DNA of 63,987 nucleotides, filler included, from Basidiobolus ranarum (Eukaryota): NCBI GenBank assembly GCA_040143965.1. It is 4 parts of 4 records of this genome, joined end to end, with 100 filler letters (N's around TTAATTAATTAA, not from the genome) between each part and the next. Parts side by side here need not be neighbours in the genome. Positions count along the whole stretch, not along the records: positions 1 to 16,879 come from JASJQH010000325.1; 3 more parts are not named here. One strand, 5' to 3'. Shown piece by piece: positions 1 to 12,560 of this stretch (position 1 is its first letter; each line of letters starts with the position of its first letter). The notes under the pieces were generated by a model. It saw only the letters and a program-made list of their open reading frames with translations, ran no database searches and was not told where the DNA came from. The position numbers and the translations under genes were made by a program.

Positions 1-1487
1 GCGGTTGAAAAATATCGAAAAAATAAATATTTATCGTGAAATAATTACCGAAGAGTATTAGTAACCATGGAAAATGGAGGTGATAGGCAATTTCGCCCAT
101 GAATTTCATCCATTCCATTATAAGCGTTTAATAGTTTAAGCCAAGATCAACGTGCTTTGCGCTGAAACTCCGCTAGTATATATCATAACCTCCTACTATT
201 GAACAACAAAATCCATACTTAAGAGACCATCACTACCTATACATATTTAACTTTACCCGTTGCGACTCCTAGGGATTCTTTATGTTTTGATCAGAAACAC
301 CTCCAATTCAATACATATTTGTAAAATAATAAATCATCCACATTCTCTTCACAGCAGTATTGTTTAAATGTTGGTCATGTAAAACAAATGTGTAGTATAA
401 GCAGTCAAAATATTGAATGCCCAACATAGAAAAGAGTTACTCGGGTAACTTCTTGCGTTCCTCTATCATTGCATTTGATTTGAATAGAAGCCTTATATAT
501 ACACCCGCATGTACACATGAAAATCATAAGATGAAGTGGGATCTTTCAAAAATATTATTAGCACTATTTATGATTGGGGATCATTAGCGACAAGAGAAGT
601 GAATAGATAGACGATCAAATCTGGGTAAACCCAAATGGGTAACAATGAACGGAACATGTGACTAGTCTCAATAAATTGAATCGCTTAAAATAGGAAGATG
701 CCTAAATTCATGGAAAATATTTATTCATAATTCTCTCTAATACTTCAATGGAGGTGCAAGATAGAATTCTTGTTTAGTAACTCATACATGATATATCTAG
801 AATTTGATTGTATCTGCAAGGGTTCTTAAAAATCAATTGATCTGAAAAAATGTTTGTCTCGGGTTCAAACTTTTTCACTTAAAAATCTTCAAATTCAACG
901 GTTTATCTGCTATTTAATCAACTTTCAAATACGATGAAAGTGATAGTAAAAACCCAACATGAATCTCAGCAATATGCTTAGAGAAGATTTAATCGAACCA
1001 ATGTTTTTACAGTTAATCACTTACACACTCACTGAATCAAATTTCCAGGCCTTCATTGGGAAAAAGGATACATTAAGAGATATTCATAAATGATATAGCA
1101 TTCATGCCTAAAGCTTCGCTTATAGTTCATTCACTAAAGAGTTCATCAGTGCATTTTGTGTTTCGGTTTAGTACATATTCTTTTATCAAATGAAAGACTG
1201 AGGAAGCTCACAAAATAGTACCAATAATTACTTCCATAAAAATTGTCACTGAGGTTTATTTAAGAGAATATCTCTGGCAGCTTCACAGATTACTAACAAT
1301 AAAATACACTAGTATGAGTCTATATCAAAATCTTTGAAATTGGAATCAAATATAAGCAAATCAACTTCCGAGACTTATCTGAGATCGGTGAAACTTCCAT
1401 GGAGAACTTTGGCATGCATAGATATTGATACTTGATAACTTCGATTAAAAAATCATTGCTGGCAAAAAGTAATTTAAAATTATCAAA

Positions 1488-1813
1488 TGTCTTGAAATTA
1501 ACATAGCCTAAACACCTACATAGTAAAATGTGGATTAACTAAATCCTAAGATATATATGACTAAAATAGCACTTACTATTCTCGAGAGGAATTTACTTCG
1601 AAGTTTGAAGATATATAGAATTTTCAAGCTTGTCTTAGAGTCCAAACGTTGCACACATGTTCCTAACACCTTTTTTAACACATTCTACATGCTTGTTTAT
1701 TTCCCCTTGACAATAATATAAATATCAACTTGCCATTCAATAAATGAACAACTAAAAACCACTGATTCTTATAGTTCTCCAAATCACTTCCAACAACTCC
1801 CAAAATACTTCAG
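1488..1813 (+). mobile_element. Degenerate copy of Ty1/copia LTR family A
   Basis: Colinear by eye with the LTR at 50196-50524 (cctaaacaccta; ggaatttactt; cacacatg; cacttccaaca; aaatac). Boundaries approximate. Confidence 0.7.
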
Positions 1814-2566
1814 AAGAGTGTATATAGCACCATAAAGAGTGGTGGACTCACATTTTTATTATCAACGATTAATGTTGGATCATTGAGTAGGCTATGTGAC
1901 AAATATCAAATTGAATCATGAAACCAATGTAGAGATATCATCATTTGAAAGATTTGAAAAATACTGGTATCCTGTAGCTAGGTACAACCTAGATGTTTAG
2001 TTATTTAATCCACTTATGCAATCTGCAAAGTAGTTACTCCAGTAACTTGAACTTCCATGAGTTTGTGTAGGGCGGTATTTAATTTAATTCTGCGATTTCA
2101 ATTGCAGTCTATAAATAAGATAGGCACTGTGGTTCCATCTTGAGTGCACTTCCATGCCTAAAGCTATAGCATATGGAATCATTGCTGAAGTAGAGGATAA
2201 TACTCTAAATCTAGCTACTTTGTTATGAGAACAATACAGGTATCTTATGTTATACTGTATACCACATTCAGCTGGTCATTTGGGTACTTCCTGATGTTGT
2301 TTGTGCTTGAAACATGTACCTAGTTGCTCACTGACGAAAATAATAATACTCTAAATCTAAAAGAATGCGTCACTGAAATTTGAAGAGATACCTTTAAAGC
2401 AAGTGCTGGAACACTGCTCATATACAGTGTATAAGCTATAATTGAACAAATACATTTTGATAAATAAAATATAGTTGCTATCACAATGTTAATTTACATG
2501 AGTTCATTATGAAAGGGTTCGTTACATAAATAGGTGGCTATGAATGTGTACGTCAAATATTTCTGT

Positions 2567-2594
2567 TACATCAGATACATCAGATACATCAGAT
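2567..2594. repeat. Tandem repeat (TACATCAGA)3 downstream of the BRO1 stop
   Basis: Three exact 9-nt copies read directly. Confidence 0.9.
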
Positions 2595-2681
2595 CTTGTA
2601 TCATTATTCAGCCTTGGTGATATATATCGAGTGATTCTAAGGTTGAATTGTCTGAATTTACGAAATTACCCTCAGGTATGA

Positions 2682-5600
2682 TCATCCATTAAAGTTGCCT
2701 TGTGGACTTTGTTGTTGTGGATAAGTACTCCATTGAAGCTGCTGTTGATATTGTTGCTGAGGAATAGATGGTTGGCCCTGGGCTACAACTGATGCCTGAT
2801 ATTGATTTCCTATTGGCGGTTGATGGTGAGTAAGGTTTTGAGGTGGTGATGGCCCTTGTTGCCAACCTTGAGGTGGAGGATTTACATAACCACCTGGGCT
2901 TTGATGAGGGATGTTGCTGTAGTATTGTTGTAATTGATAAATTTGGGGTCCCGTGGTAACTTGGGGTTGTTGTTGGCCATTTGTTGACTGATGCCGTTGT
3001 GGTGAAATGTCGTAGGCTTGAACACGTACTTGTTGATAAACAGGGTAGTTACGCTCTTGTTGGGCAGGTTGTTGAACTTGTTGTCCGGTTTGTGCTATTG
3101 ATCCTGCTTGGTAATGATATACTTGTTGGCCTAACGAGTTTTCTATAAGTCTAGGATCCTGGTAAGACTGTTGGTATCGTTGATGCTGGAATTGTAGCTG
3201 TTGTTGGAAGCCTTGCTGGGGTAGAGTTGGAGGTATGGAGATGTAAGAATTATCAGATGCAATGCTTTGGGAAAGGGCATTGCTGAGTATGTATTGATTT
3301 CCTTCATGGTATATAATGGTCGGTGCTTGTTGTTGCTGTAAAACAATATATTGTGATTGTTGTCGATCTGTAGTACAATACTGTTGTTGGTCCGATCTTT
3401 GACCTACTTCATTATTCAGGTTTTGGTATAAAGGTTGTTGAAGAGGCTGACTACCCGGAATCGTCGCCTGCATTGGATTATAAGGGACTTGTTTACCTTG
3501 GGTATCATAGTTAGGCTGATGTCCCGGGTTTGGACTAGAGGATCTAATATAACCAATATGCTGAACAGGTTGAGGATTCTGATTGGAATATTGCTGTTGT
3601 GTTGGCTGCAATTGTATAGCATTGTAGTTGGGTTGTAGTGGTAGATTCTGCGGATAGTTCGGTGGAGGTTGCCATTCAGATGTATAAACTGCAGGACTGG
3701 TAGGGTTCTCTACCACCTGTTGCGATTGATATCCATACCCAGTTGGGCTAAGGTAGTTTTGGGGTTCATATGTTTGAAGTGGCGATTGTTTCTGCTGATA
3801 TGGGTGCTGGTTATGGTTCGATTGCTTGTAGTTTCCCTCAGGGCCAGATTGACCTCGGTAACCATCAACTTGTGCTTGAACATTATGAACAATCGCCGGA
3901 GCTACCTGTCTGGGTTCGGATATATCTGGAGGCTGGATGTTGGTGTTCGGGTGCTGAGGTGACAACCTGAGAGCTCTGGTTTCAGGATCGGAGTTAGGGT
4001 AGGGAGAGGGATCAGGCTGATAGCCGACATATACGTTGGTTGGTTGAAAGGCTAAGGCGGGTGCGATATTCGCAGGATTTTCGGCAGGTTGAAGATATTA
4101 GTTATGTTGATTGGTTTCTGATCCATAGGAAGGTGATCTAGCCATATGTACTGGAGCGTTTTGAGGAGGAGGATAGTACATACTTTCCTGCTCTTTATCT
4201 AGTCCATAATGCGGTTTACAATTAGCCTGTTCAGCGTTTGGTGAAGGAGAGAGTACAGGCGTTCCGGCAGGATAGTCGGCTTGATCGTATCTTGTTGGAA
4301 TCTGGTTGAAAGGCGCTGGGGCTGGAAGGTTAGAGAGAGTATTGGAGGCTTGATCTTCCTCGTTATTGATATGGAGGTGATTAGCTTGTATAGTAAGATC
4401 CTCAATAACTTTGTCGTAATAGATGTTTGTTGCGACGGGGTTCAAGAGGGCATTTTCTATATGGAGTTGTCCTTGATCCCGATGGAGATGTTCGCTTCTC
4501 TCTATGTGTTGTAACGATACACATCCTCTTTCTTTCTGACTTTGATCTATTGATAGAATCAATGATTGCCTATTTTGTTCACGATCATGGACCAAAGTCG
4601 TAACATTGTTGTAAAGGCCGAGCATAAGGCCGTTGAGGTCTACATAGGATTGAACACTCTTTCTATAAGTTGTGTTAGGGGTTTTGGATTATGGAGACCA
4701 AATGTAAAAACACTTTAATCCAACGTACCTAACTCCATCTTTGATATCCAAGTAATCATTTGCAGCAATACGAAGTTTATCAGCAATTTCATCTCTTTTG
4801 GTTTCGGCATTATCCCATGTACGTTGAACTCTCTTCGCTTCGGCACTTTCCATCAAGGTTTTGAAGAGCCCAGAAAGCTCTTGGATAGTTGCTTGTTGAA
4901 GACGAATGGTGGTGGCAATACGATTTTGATGATCTTTGAATTTCTCGAGTTCGCTGGTGAATAGCTGGGATTTAGTGTTGGGGGATTTCATATGTAATAT
5001 TAAAAGATGAGAGATGTCATCTTTTTGAACCTAAAAATCCAATTCTGTTAGAGTTTGAGAGCCGCTCGCCACAAATGTAAGCCAAAACAAACCTTAATCT
5101 TCAAGTTCTCAACAATTTCTCGTCTCTCTTTCTTGAATTTATTCAACTTTTCGATACTTTCCTCGATTTTTTTTATAATGGATTCTACTATATCATTATT
5201 GCTTGTAGAACCATCGTTTTGATCGGATTCAGCAACGCCAACAATAGCCTCATGAAACATCTGCTTCAGTTTATCGCTGTATTCTCCTTCACGAAGTGCG
5301 TCAATATAGTGATGAATTGCTTCGAATCTTGAAATCAAGGTAGTATCTGAAGCAAGAGATTTATCGAGAGATTCACGGTACGTGTGAATATCTTGTCGGA
5401 AACTGACCGTGAGGGTATCCAAGGGAGGTTGAGTCCACAGGTCTCCAAATTTGATCTGCACATTCAATCTCAAATTAGCAAATGAACTATCGAAGTATTA
5501 TTTACTGAAAAACCCTACTCTCATGGCCTCGCTCTCACGTTGTTCTCTATCCAAAGTAATATCAACGCCGCGAAGTAATTCTTTGGCTTTACCTTGAAGT

Positions 5601-7130
5601 CCTTCCATGGTAATGATCAAGTGATTCACCATATTTCTCTCATTCTCTTCCTGACCAATCTTTTTGGCCCATTCTTTAACTTCAGGAGTGATTTGTGTAA
5701 ACGTGTGAATAGGGTGTTCCCCCGTCGAACTTCTACTCTTAAATTTCTCAAGAGATTCTGGAAGCTGCATGAACGACAAGGCTGCTTGAAGCTCATTATC
5801 GGCTAAATCCGCCTGCTCAGTCTCACTAAGCACAATCTTTGACTTCTCTTCTGAATACAGATAAGATGACTCATGAACAGAGAGAGGTACGAGTCTCTGG
5901 AATATATCCACTCCTATAACTTTCTGAATTTCGTTAGGACCATAAAGTTCAGAGATTGGTATAGCCTTAACAGCGCTTAGTTTGTCAATTGGCGGTAGTA
6001 GGTTCACATCAGGAACTGTGTCATGATAAACTTCATCATTATTTTTAACGGCCAATGCCAATTTCTCCGTAATCATATCTTGCGTGATGTGAACAATATT
6101 TCGAAGAGCTATTTCAACATCAGAAATCAAAGGAGTGGATGCGCTTGCTGGTATATCGATCAGTCTGGTGGCTTCCTTAACAATGATTCCTGCATAGGAA
6201 AGTCGGGCAATCATTTCACCATATTTACTATCTATCTCACATGCCAGTGCCTTGTGAAATTGCCCAACAGCTTGATAGTACTTTTGCTTCGTCTAATCAT
6301 ATAAATATACTTTTCGATTACCATATAATTTAATCGAAAAAATCAGGGGAAATTTCGACTTACTTGACAAATCACATACCAACCACGACTTAAGGCAGTT
6401 TTAGCAACACCTTTGTTCAAAGCTTCAACAATCGAGCCATAGGACCAAGAAGCTTGATTAGCCAAATCGGCTATAAGAGAATCTTTCTTCTTTTCCCCGA
6501 TACTTTTCTCAATAAAGCATTCTTGAGCTTGAGAAAGCATAAGTTGAGATAATATTTGGACGATATCTTGACTAAGATCAGTGGAGGGTGCGTGTAAAAA
6601 GTTCTCATTGATATAAATAAACATTCCAGCAGAGGCTTGAAAGTAGTTCAGAGCTTGGTTCATAGATTCAGGTTCCGAGCGAACTTGAGAAGAGGCTATT
6701 GCAGAGAGAGTCGAAGCCATATTAAATATAGTGCAAGCTTTTTCATACGCTAAGGAGAACTGAGAAGTAGATTTTCCGGTGAAAGTATCATACCTGAGAA
6801 AAGATTTCTCTTCATTAGAAACAATAGTATTGAAAAGTGTGTGTGAGAAAAATACCAAGTAAAAGTTATTTTAATATTGTTTTCGTTAATTGGGAAGCGT
6901 AAATCAAGTAGCTCTAATTGTCCGTAGTAGCGGTAAAGTACATCTCTTCCAGCAATATCTTTGCCAGAGAAGCGCATATCTTGGCGAAGTTGGTTGATAG
7001 TATTCACTTCAGTGAGGTATTTTTCTGGGTCATCTTGGTACTTGGCGGTAATATACTCTTTTAAAGGTGCAGTCCAGTCGACTTCATCTGTTCGTTTACT
7101 AGGAATGGAAATACAAGGAGCGTATATCAT
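2682..7130 (-). CDS. BRO1: BRO1/ALIX-family ESCRT accessory protein (BRO1 domain, V domain, long Pro/Gln/Tyr-rich tail), multi-exon
   Basis: ATG at 7130 (MIYAPCISIPSKRTDEVDW). Motifs RYYGQLELLDLRFP, SLAYEKACTIFN, LMLSQAQEC, KNNDEVYHDTVP, DIFQRLVPLSVHESSYLYSEEK. GT-AG introns such as 6855-6794. An in-frame TAA at 4100-4098 separates the tail (see findings). Confidence 0.9.
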
Positions 7131-7791
7131 TGTTTTTTTTACGTTCACTCAAAAACTTGTCCTTAAACGTATGGAAATATAAGGGGTGGGCTGTTTGCAA
7201 CTAGATATTCGTAGTTGGTGGGGAATATTCGATGGTAGTATGTACGAATGGCCAAGATGCTCTATAATTAGTGATCGCTTACCAATAACCAAGTATATGA
7301 AATTTCCATGTACTTTACAAGATCGAGCATGATGATCTATAACCGATGATTTAAGAAACCCGTTGTACAGAAAATAATACGGGATACGTGATTCCATATT
7401 GACATCATATAGAAACAAATATAATCAGCCACTGATTTACTGCATTCTTGGCTTTGCGGAAGTTCAGGCTATTATAGATGCTACGTTTAGATAAGATTTA
7501 CGAGTGAGCATATGTTTGTAGGGCGGGAAGAATAAATGTGAAGATTATCGAGATTTTTTATTGTTTCTAATTCAGTCTATAATAAAGGGATTACCATAAT
7601 TCAACCCATTGGGGTTAACAGGCACCATGGTAGCTATCTATAAGCAAGTAAATCACTCGTAACATACCAGAATCTCCAACTGCAGTGGGATATTATTTTA
7701 TGTATTTACATATAGTCCCTAATTCTATGGATGTTAACGTCGAATCTCGGTGATTGCATTGAGCCTTGCGCAAAAGTGTAAAAAAAGGTTT

Positions 7792-10569
7792 CTAATTCCA
7801 GAATTCCCCTAATGAATGAATATTACGTTGCCACATATGACTAGATAATCCTTGATCGCGAAGATATGATCTTTTGCAGAATTCTCTTAGAAGGAGGATT
7901 TTTTTCGGTGTTTTCTCCACTGCAAGCTGTAGTTGGGCTTCGAGCATACGATTCTGATCAACCTGTGATACTTCCGAGATAATTGATGAGCTATGATCAG
8001 AAACTACTTTTACCGGGAGTAGTGAGATTTGTAAAGCGTTGATATTTTTGACTTGAAATATTTGTTGTAATATTACTTCAGAGAATGTGAAGTTAAAAAA
8101 CTCTCGGTACACGAAAGATCCGTTTTGAATAAGCATACTAGAGATCCATCGAAGCTTATCTAATAGTTTTACTTCTGTATACTGTAGAAGTACTAGCAGG
8201 TCGCCTATCAAATCATGATTAAATCCGGTTTGCTTAATTTCATGTTCATACAAAGCCACCAAACGTTGGATGCTATAGCTCAACAGTTCAAAAGAAGTGA
8301 CAGGCTTGAGCCGAAATTTAGAGGATTTTTCAACTTGAGTGCGTAAATCTTCAATACAACACGGTAGTCCTGAGGACAAGATTGGGAAAATGTACTTTCG
8401 CGCAGCCTAAAAATCCTCATTTAGTAGCTGGATAACTCAATGATACCATAATGTATTATACCTTAAGACTTTCCATCTGTTCGCTCGTTAGGCTGAGTAA
8501 ATAGAGGAGTCGAAAATGATAAAGAGGATGAAACGGAGCCGAGGTTACGCTCTTGGTATTGGCTTTATCCTGCCATCTGGTTTGACACCTAGAAGACAGC
8601 AGTAAGTATGTAGCATGAGCGTCAGAGTATTGTTTCTATATAGATTAAAAATAAATGGACAATTGATAATATATAGCGAGTTAGAGAATAGTCATACCTG
8701 CATCATCCTAACATCTGCTTTACAAAGAAGGATGGCATTCACGATGTGAAACGGTAGACTCCAATCATTGACAATTTGATCCAGTATACAACCATGGTCT
8801 ATCCCTTCTATTAGACCAAGAAGTTCCTGGGCTTTTCGCAGGGCAATTATGGCCTGTGTAGACTCGATTCTATTACCTGTTTAAATGAAACAATTGACTC
8901 GTTAAGATGGAAATACTAAGATGATCTTCTGAATTAACAAACTTGAAATTTCTTAGTTACCATCGGGGGTAGATCTGGAGGAGGATGCTTCAAACAGGCC
9001 TTTACCATTTACAGGCATTGCTTTAGCTGTTGATTCGATCTGTGAAGATTTACTAGTTTTCACCCTTTTAGACGATTTCTTTTCTGAATGTGAGTGTTTA
9101 GTTTCTGTCAACTTGGACCCACCGACTGGAATAAAGCACTCTACCAAGTGAGGTATTAGTAAGATACTACATTGATGGATATCTGATGGTTCCGATGTAC
9201 CATTTAGTTTGGAAGGATTGAATATTAAGGATTGGTATTCAAAGCATATTTGAACCAAGCATGAGGACAAGAAAAGTGACTTCAATGGTATTGGCCAGAC
9301 GTATTTCTGAAGGCACAACGATTCCAAAAGCTTATCTGGGAAGAAAGAGTTGGAGCCCTCGACAGGTGTGGCCGAGGTAATCTCGCTACAAGTAGAAAGT
9401 TTATTACTCTACTCGGAATGCAAAAGTTCATCAATGGTATGTACCAATTTTCCGGGAGATAATCGCATTGCTTAGCAATATGAACAAAAGAATTATGCAT
9501 TGTGTTCCATTGGATGCGAGATAAATAGTAAGCCTGATGAAGCTTCATCCATTCCAATAATCGGTCGTATGAGATTTCGACTTGAGTGGCTTTGTATGTA
9601 CTATATCTTTTAATTTCTTGACCAACTTTGACTTTGACACTAAAAATCTGCGGTAAGATTCCGCGTACTTCGAAAGATTCAATGTGTTAGAGAATCTTGC
9701 TCGAGAGAAAGGTGATCCAAAAATCACTGCACTTACGTAGAAACTGGCGATAAATATTGACCTGTAGTGGAAGCCGGGATTCTTTTTCTGTTTTGATCAC
9801 TAATTCGGCAGCAAGGGGCTAAAGAATACAAAAATCAGTTAGAGAAAGTTGGAGGATAGCATTCATCAACATACATACCCCATAGTGAGGAATCAGCTCA
9901 GGAAAGAAATAACAAACAAACGCGTATATACGGCACGCATCGAAGAGGTGATTTCGCCTTATATAGATCCCTTTGGTATGAATGTATTAAGTCATTATAC
10001 AGAATGTAAGGAGTGAATGTATGTCGCAAAATACCTCCTACTTCAATTAGCAATTCTTTTCGCGTATCTCTTGGTAATAAATGGAATAACTCTAATTCGC
10101 CCGAAAAAATGTCAACGTGAATTTTGAGCTAACAAAATTGCCATGAAACTAGGCTTACCTGCAAGTTCCTCTTTAGACCCATGTAGGGTAGAGTGAGCAA
10201 TACGACATATTAGACTTCTGTACTCCTCTTTAGATCCGTGCTTAACCCGACTTGAATTCAGGATTAGATAATCTGCTTCGTTACAACAATAGCAGAAAAA
10301 TGTCTTACAGATCCCTCAAGACCTTGAGTGCTCTAGTAAAGTCCCGACCAGCAAGAACGATCTCGAACAGAAGGAGCTTAACAAGAAGTAGCAAGTTAAA
10401 ACAAAGTTCACAATTCGTGAAGAAAGATGCATACTTGAACTTCAAATATAGTTTCATATTTGCTAGCAAGCAAAATGATTTTAAGTTTGGCTATCTCAAT
10501 AACACCGTTATTCAAGTCGTTTTTTATATTTTCCAGAACGTCAACTAAACTATTTCCTGCTAAAGACAT
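7792..10569 (-). CDS. INTS10: Probable Integrator complex subunit 10 homolog, about 11 exons
   Basis: Manual splicing (exons 10569-10435, 10376-10309, 10250-10159, 10091-10035, 9970-9879, 9818-9737, from 9667 onward) keeps frame. It gives AKLKIILLASKYETIFEVQLLLFEI..ELFHLLPRDTRKELLIEVG..FFPELIPHYG..VNIYRQFLLRGILPQIF and C-terminal DLIGDLLVLLQ..QNGSFVYREFFNF..LQISLLP..LLREFC. These follow the order of human INTS10 blocks as recalled from memory. Confidence 0.72.
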
Positions 10570-10749
10570 GGTATGTGTAAGAGTATATAAGATTAAAGTG
10601 GACAAACACCAATTATAGAATACAAAGAGGTAAGTAGGGTTGTGTTGAAAGCCAACAGCTACACAAATAAATGCAAATATGATATTGGTAATCGTGAAGC
10701 TTAAGGATATCTATTGGATATATAAATGAAACCAAACGAAGTAACAAAC

Positions 10750-12340
10750 CCATATTAACCTGGAGAGAATGTCTTATCAAGTAGAGGAATTTTCAAATCC
10801 AGCTGAAATAAATATGCCAATAATCATGTTTCAATCAAGCTCGCTGTTGGCGAAGCAAGTAATGGATTATGCAGCAATGATCAGCTTCGATGGATATCAA
10901 TAATAATAATTGCTCATATGTACATAGAACTCGGACTGTGATACTTCTCATTCCTGCTCGTCTTAAAGGAGCGTTAATTATTGCATCATCTGTAAAAGTT
11001 CAGAGTAGTAGGGTATTGAAAAGGAAGTGTAGGTGTAGCATAAGCAGAAATGGATCCATCAGCCCTAATAGTAATTAGAGTTTGACTGGCACGAGCTACT
11101 AAATGGTTGTTTCATCCACACGATAGGTGCGCTGTTCGATACTCCTGTTACATTCTCCATATATAGACAGATTCTTAATTGTAATCAATGATGCCAATAT
11201 CAGGTTGAGGGTGAATACACTTTCCAATTCAGTGCATTGATATGGTAAGCAGAGACATGCCATCTTGGATACATCAGCAAAGTTCTGCAATTTGAAAAGA
11301 ACAGGCCTTCAATCGTTACAATAATAGTGAACTGCAGTTGGTCATCACTATGCATAACCGACACCTACTCTACATCTTGGAGAGTCTAGACCACGTTCGG
11401 CACCATAAATCCTCGGTTTGATTAAGGATGATTGAAACCAAATTTTTGGGACTATTTCATGACATTTATGTGTGATGGATGGACATAGCTTATGATTGTT
11501 TAATAGATATGTGGTTGAAACCAACATATTTGAGTACCACAGGAAGTTTCATTCCATATACAGTATACAATGGAGTGCTAATCGCTATTATATAAGCATG
11601 GGAGTCATGTGCAATATGCAGCTTTAAGCCAAGGTGAAATTAAGTCGTTGCATTTGAACGGAAATCGTAGTTATTTTATGAAATACTCAATCTCCCGCAG
11701 CGGAATAAGGCAAGCCGAGAGCAACTATTCCCCTCAAGAAAAACACACAGACTTGAGATTTTGCATCTGCAAGGTGAACAATTCACAATTTTAGAATAAC
11801 ATTACGTTATACAATGGGGTTTCATATATGCCATGCTGATAAGTATTGATTCAGCTACAAAAAACTTTCATCGATGCATAGGATTGTTTTACACACAATT
11901 ATCTAAACCACCTGTTCCAGTCTCGCAACAAAATCAAGCGAATTGGACAACAGATATCACTCAAATTTTCACAATGGGACATGACACATCTTGGAAACAT
12001 CAAGTACCAATTGTTCACGTGATAGCTACATTTGCTACCCCCGAGTTTCCTCCAATCTATACACTAAGCTCCCAAGTTGTCAAGAGAACCTGGATTCATC
12101 TGTTACCTTCAAGTAGCCCTGCACCGCCACTTTAGTAGCCTTTAATTTTCTTGATCAAATTAGGCTCAAACTGAGTGCTTATTATGTTTGTCCCCTGATC
12201 TCAGCGCTATGGTCCATACTCAAATCATCATATTGTCTTCATGTAAAAGCTCTAACAACACACCAAGCGAATCATGGAATTGAAGGGCTTTTGAGATCCC
12301 GTTACTACACCAAAATCTACTGAAAACGTGGATTTATTTG
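10750..12340 (+). mobile_element. Possible highly decayed non-LTR (LINE) 3' remnant
   Basis: Broken-frame peptides SLLAKQV..SNDQLRWISII (about 10840-10910) and RTWIHLL..SP (about 12085-12120) resemble the LINE post-RT and zf-RVT regions. Many stops. Confidence 0.3.
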
Positions 12341-12560
12341 AAGTAATTGTTACGCAGGGGTTATCTAAATATTAAACATGGGAAATAGTGTGTGAGCGTA
12401 GGATGTGGGCGTAGGATGTGAATTAAATCAAATGACTATGATACAATTCAAGAGGATTATTACGACCTTTAAACAATGTATAGGAGTTGACAGATTCTCT
12501 ATCAAATCTAGACTAATAACCACCATATATTATTCCGATTTTACAACGTTGCTAAGGGTA

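Noticed and set aside
660-1440. Possible ancient copia pol upstream of the LTR at 1488
   Set aside because: Only faint hints (LQGF-like) among many stops; not enough to call.
4098-4100. Alternative genetic code (TAA read as Gln) or selenocysteine as the explanation for the BRO1 stop
   Set aside because: eEF2, RPL8, HUL5 and calreticulin end at TAA at their expected C-termini, and Sec uses TGA.
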